Under the pieces are notes generated by a model that worked only from the letters and a program-made list of their open reading frames with translations, made no database searches and was not told the origin of the DNA. DNA of 64,000 nt from Chloropicon primus (Eukaryota): assembly GCA_023205875.1 (NCBI GenBank), contig CP060754.1, positions 248,001 through 312,000 on the forward strand. The letters are read 5' to 3'. The position numbers were made by a program, and so were the translations under genes. Numbering within the stretch: position 1 is the first letter of the stretch; every line of letters starts with the position of its first letter. This document shows positions 61,196-64,000 of this stretch, piece after piece.

Positions 61196-64000
61196 ATGGA
61201 GGAGGGGGAGGAGGAGAAGGGGGCGATGGGGGGCCTCGTGGGGGGCCTCGGGACCGGCGTCCGGGCGGTGGACACGAAGCAGCACGAGCGTGAGATTATT
61301 GAGGCGAAGATAGCCACGCTGAGGAAGGGGGAGGGGGAGTTGAAGAGCGAGGGGGAGTTGAAGAGCGAGGGGGAGGGGGGGAAGGAGGAGCTGGAGGCGG
61401 TGAAGAGGGAGATTCAGGCGGTGCGAGAGATCGTGGAGGATTTGGGGGAGGCGAGCGAGGGAGGCGACGTCGCGGGTGCCCAGCTGAAGGCGACGCTGGC
61501 GGAGAGGCTGAAGGAGCTGAAGAAGGAGAAGAAGAGGCTCGTGGCCTCGAAGCAGGGGAACAAGGGCAAGCCGAAAGCGAAGGTCTCGTTCCAGGGCAGC
61601 GGCCTGAGTTCCGCCCTCAAAGCCAAGTCGAGGCTTCTGGAAACCGAAAGGGACAAGCTGATTAGGACGGGGGTCCTCACCCCCTTCGATCGGATGAAGG
61701 GCTTCGAGAAGAAGCGGAAGACGCACTTCAAGGACGAGAGCGTGAACCGGGCCCTTGCTGCTGCGAGCGAGTACGCCGCCCGCAAGGCGGCCGCCGGTCG
61801 GGGGAGCGCCAAACCCGTCACGCTGGACCTGTCTGAGATCCCATCCAAGGCCGGCGACAGGAGCCAGAGCAAGTACAATTGGAGGGAGAAGAGGAAGAGG
61901 ATAAGCAGGTCCAACCAGAAGGTGACAAGGACTATGAGGTATGGCGTGGAAGCGGACGGGGACTGCAAGAGCAGGGTTTTTGAGGAGGACACGGAGTCGG
62001 AGGAGGAGTATCTCGGGGAAGAGCTGGAAGACGACGTCATTTTCGATGGGGGCTACCGCCTGTCCTCTGATCGGTACAACGAGTTATTTGATTACCAGAG
62101 GACGGGGGTGAAGTGGCTGTGGGAGCTGCACAATCAGGGGGCAGGGGGTATACTTGGGGACGACATGGGTCTCGGGAAGACCGTGCAAGTGATTTCATTC
62201 CTTGAAGGTCTCCTGAAAAGTGGAATGTACGACACGTCAATAATCGTATGTCCCGTGACTCTCATGTCACACTGGGCAAGGGAATTCAGGAGGTGGGCTC
62301 CTATGTTCAAAGTCTTCATCCTGCACGACAGTTTCTTCAAAACCAATGCGCTGAAGGAGAGCCAGAAGAGGGGGTCCATGCAGTTCCGGGTGATCAACGC
62401 TGCTTTGAAGTCGAGCAGGGGCATTCTCATCACCTCGTACGAGCAACTTCGGCTGAAGCAGGAGCACCTCTTGTGCTTTCAGTGGGGCTACGCAATCCTG
62501 GACGAGGGCCACAAGATACGCAACCCAAATATCGAGCTTACCCTCGTCTGTAAGCAGCTGTCCACCCCTCACAGGATTGTCCTTACGGGCGCGCCGATAC
62601 AGAACAGACTCGTTGAGATATGGTCCTTGTTTGACTTCGTCTTTCCGGGAAAGCTGGGAACTTTGCCGGTCTTCACCTCCCAGTTTTCGGTGCCGATACA
62701 GATGGGCGGCTATGCTCACGCCTCAAAGCTTCAGATCACCACGGCATACAAGTGCGCTTTGATCCTCCGGGACCTGATAAGCCCGTACCTCCTGAGGCGT
62801 AAGAAAGTGGATGTCAACATCAATCTCCCAAAAAAATCGGAGCACGTTCTGTTCTGCCTGCTTGGCGAGGAGCAGCTTGATTTGTACAGGGACTACCTGT
62901 CCTCTCACGACTGTGCGTCGATCATGGAAGGGAAGATCGATCCCCTCGCGGGAATAGATACGATGAAGAAAATTTGTAATCACCCAGACCTCCTTGATTT
63001 GAACACGGAGTGCGTGACTGAGTACGGGGATCCGCAAAGGTCGGGCAAGCTCCAAGTCCTGATAAAAGTGCTCGAAAAGTGGTGCTGCGATGGACACAAA
63101 GTCCTCGTGTTCTCCCAGACGAGGCAGATGCTCAATATTATCGAACACGCCGTGCAGAAGATGGACTACAGGCACTTGAGGATGGATGGCACAACTGCGA
63201 TTCAGAGGAGGCAGCAGCTCGTGGATACCTTCAACGAGACGGAGGACATCAAAATATTTTGCTTGACCACCCGGGTTGGTGGCCTGGGCTTGAACCTGAC
63301 CGGGGCAGACAGGGTGATTCTGTACGACCCGGATTGGAACCCGTCCACCGATCTTCAGGCTCAAGAACGTTCGTGGCGGATCGGTCAGCAGAATGAGGTC
63401 GTGGTTTACAGATTGGTGACGAGCGGGACGATCGAGGAGAAGATATACAATCGCCAGATATTCAAGCAGTTTCTCACCAGTAAAGTGCTGGAGGACCCGA
63501 AGCAGAGGCGAGCCTTCCAGAACGAGGACATCCGCGAGTTGTTCGTCCTGGGGGACGAATACAAGGAGGGAAACAGCAACCTGAAGGAGATCACGAACAT
63601 TGAAGCACAGCTGATGCCCGACGAGATTGTAAAGGATGAGGATGGCGCAGGCTCTGGAGCGGCGAAGGAGTCGGTGATCTTGCAATCTCTCATGGAGGGA
63701 GATGTCGTCTCAAAGGCCCTGTGTCACGAAAAGATCATGACGGCGGACACTTCGGCGCCTCCGAGTTACGACCAGAAGGCGTCGGAGATTGCTCGCAGGG
63801 CAGCGGAGCTCATGAAGAAATCGCAAAGAGACTGCGCCTTGCACGCCGTTTCAACTCCCACTTGGACGGGCAACTCTGGGTCCGCAGGAGCCCCAAGGCT
63901 CGGCAGCGCAAAGTCTCCAGGAGTCCCGAGGTTCGGCAGCGCAAAGTCCTCCTCCACCAGGCGGTTTGGTGGGCCAGTGGGCATAGCTGGCATTGGCGGC
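61196..64000 (+). CDS. ERCC6: SNF2-family helicase CSB/ERCC6/RAD26 (plant CHR8); 3'-partial, absent from the ORF track because it runs off the window
   Basis: Frame from ATG 61196 gives ETERDKLIRTGVLTPF, LFDYQRTGVKWLWELH..GGILGDDMGLGKT, LDEGHKIRNP, FPGKLGTLPVF..F..PI..GGY, LTTRVGGLGLNLTGADRV..YDPDWNPSTDLQA.ER.WRIGQ, PTWTG.SG.AG. Confidence 0.92.
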   Translation, partial: MEEGEEEKGAMGGLVGGLGTGVRAVDTKQHEREIIEAKIATLRKGEGELKSEGELKSEGEGGKEELEAVKREIQAVREIVEDLGEASEGGDVAGAQLKATLAERLKELKKEKKRLVASKQGNKGKPKAKVSFQGSGLSSALKAKSRLLETERDKLIRTGVLTPFDRMKGFEKKRKTHFKDESVNRALAAASEYAARKAAAGRGSAKPVTLDLSEIPSKAGDRSQSKYNWREKRKRISRSNQKVTRTMRYGVEADGDCKSRVFEEDTESEEEYLGEELEDDVIFDGGYRLSSDRYNELFDYQRTGVKWLWELHNQGAGGILGDDMGLGKTVQVISFLEGLLKSGMYDTSIIVCPVTLMSHWAREFRRWAPMFKVFILHDSFFKTNALKESQKRGSMQFRVINAALKSSRGILITSYEQLRLKQEHLLCFQWGYAILDEGHKIRNPNIELTLVCKQLSTPHRIVLTGAPIQNRLVEIWSLFDFVFPGKLGTLPVFTSQFSVPIQMGGYAHASKLQITTAYKCALILRDLISPYLLRRKKVDVNINLPKKSEHVLFCLLGEEQLDLYRDYLSSHDCASIMEGKIDPLAGIDTMKKICNHPDLLDLNTECVTEYGDPQRSGKLQVLIKVLEKWCCDGHKVLVFSQTRQMLNIIEHAVQKMDYRHLRMDGTTAIQRRQQLVDTFNETEDIKIFCLTTRVGGLGLNLTGADRVILYDPDWNPSTDLQAQERSWRIGQQNEVVVYRLVTSGTIEEKIYNRQIFKQFLTSKVLEDPKQRRAFQNEDIRELFVLGDEYKEGNSNLKEITNIEAQLMPDEIVKDEDGAGSGAAKESVILQSLMEGDVVSKALCHEKIMTADTSAPPSYDQKASEIARRAAELMKKSQRDCALHAVSTPTWTGNSGSAGAPRLGSAKSPGVPRFGSAKSSSTRRFGGPVGIAGIGG

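Overview
This is eukaryotic nuclear DNA from a very compact, GC-rich green-algal genome. Gene density, few short GT-AG introns with CTGAC branch points, TGTAA 3' signals and plant-type VDE/SECA2 suggest a picoplanktonic chlorophyte such as Chloropicon, which is an inference. About 33 protein genes can be supported. Several are spliced and are missed or mis-bounded by the ORF track; I reconstructed them by hand (CFAP97-like, PACRG, B12D/NDUFA4-like, TMEM218, pICln, PRS, ABA4-like, NDUFB8, RPL10, TPR-DnaJ, SEC3, DLAT). The unspliced CSB/CHR8 gene runs off the right edge. Four box C/D snoRNAs (U38/snR61, U24, snR58-like, one more) lie in two introns just downstream of the pICln stop codon. The most interesting signals are: (1) an RCC1 orthologue fused at its N-terminus to a Nup50/Nup2-like pore-targeting segment; (2) the intronic snoRNA cluster, apparently in the pICln 3' UTR; (3) a run of cilia genes (CFAP97-like, PACRG, CFAP65, TMEM218, CFAP210) plus an MMD1/MS1-type PHD gene; (4) a PIN/AEC-like membrane protein with MORN repeats in its central loop, 89 nt behind VDE and possibly bicistronic; (5) bacterial-type CotH-LTD, CBA1-like B12-binding and DUF1826 genes. 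All family assignments come from motif recognition by eye, not from database searches.
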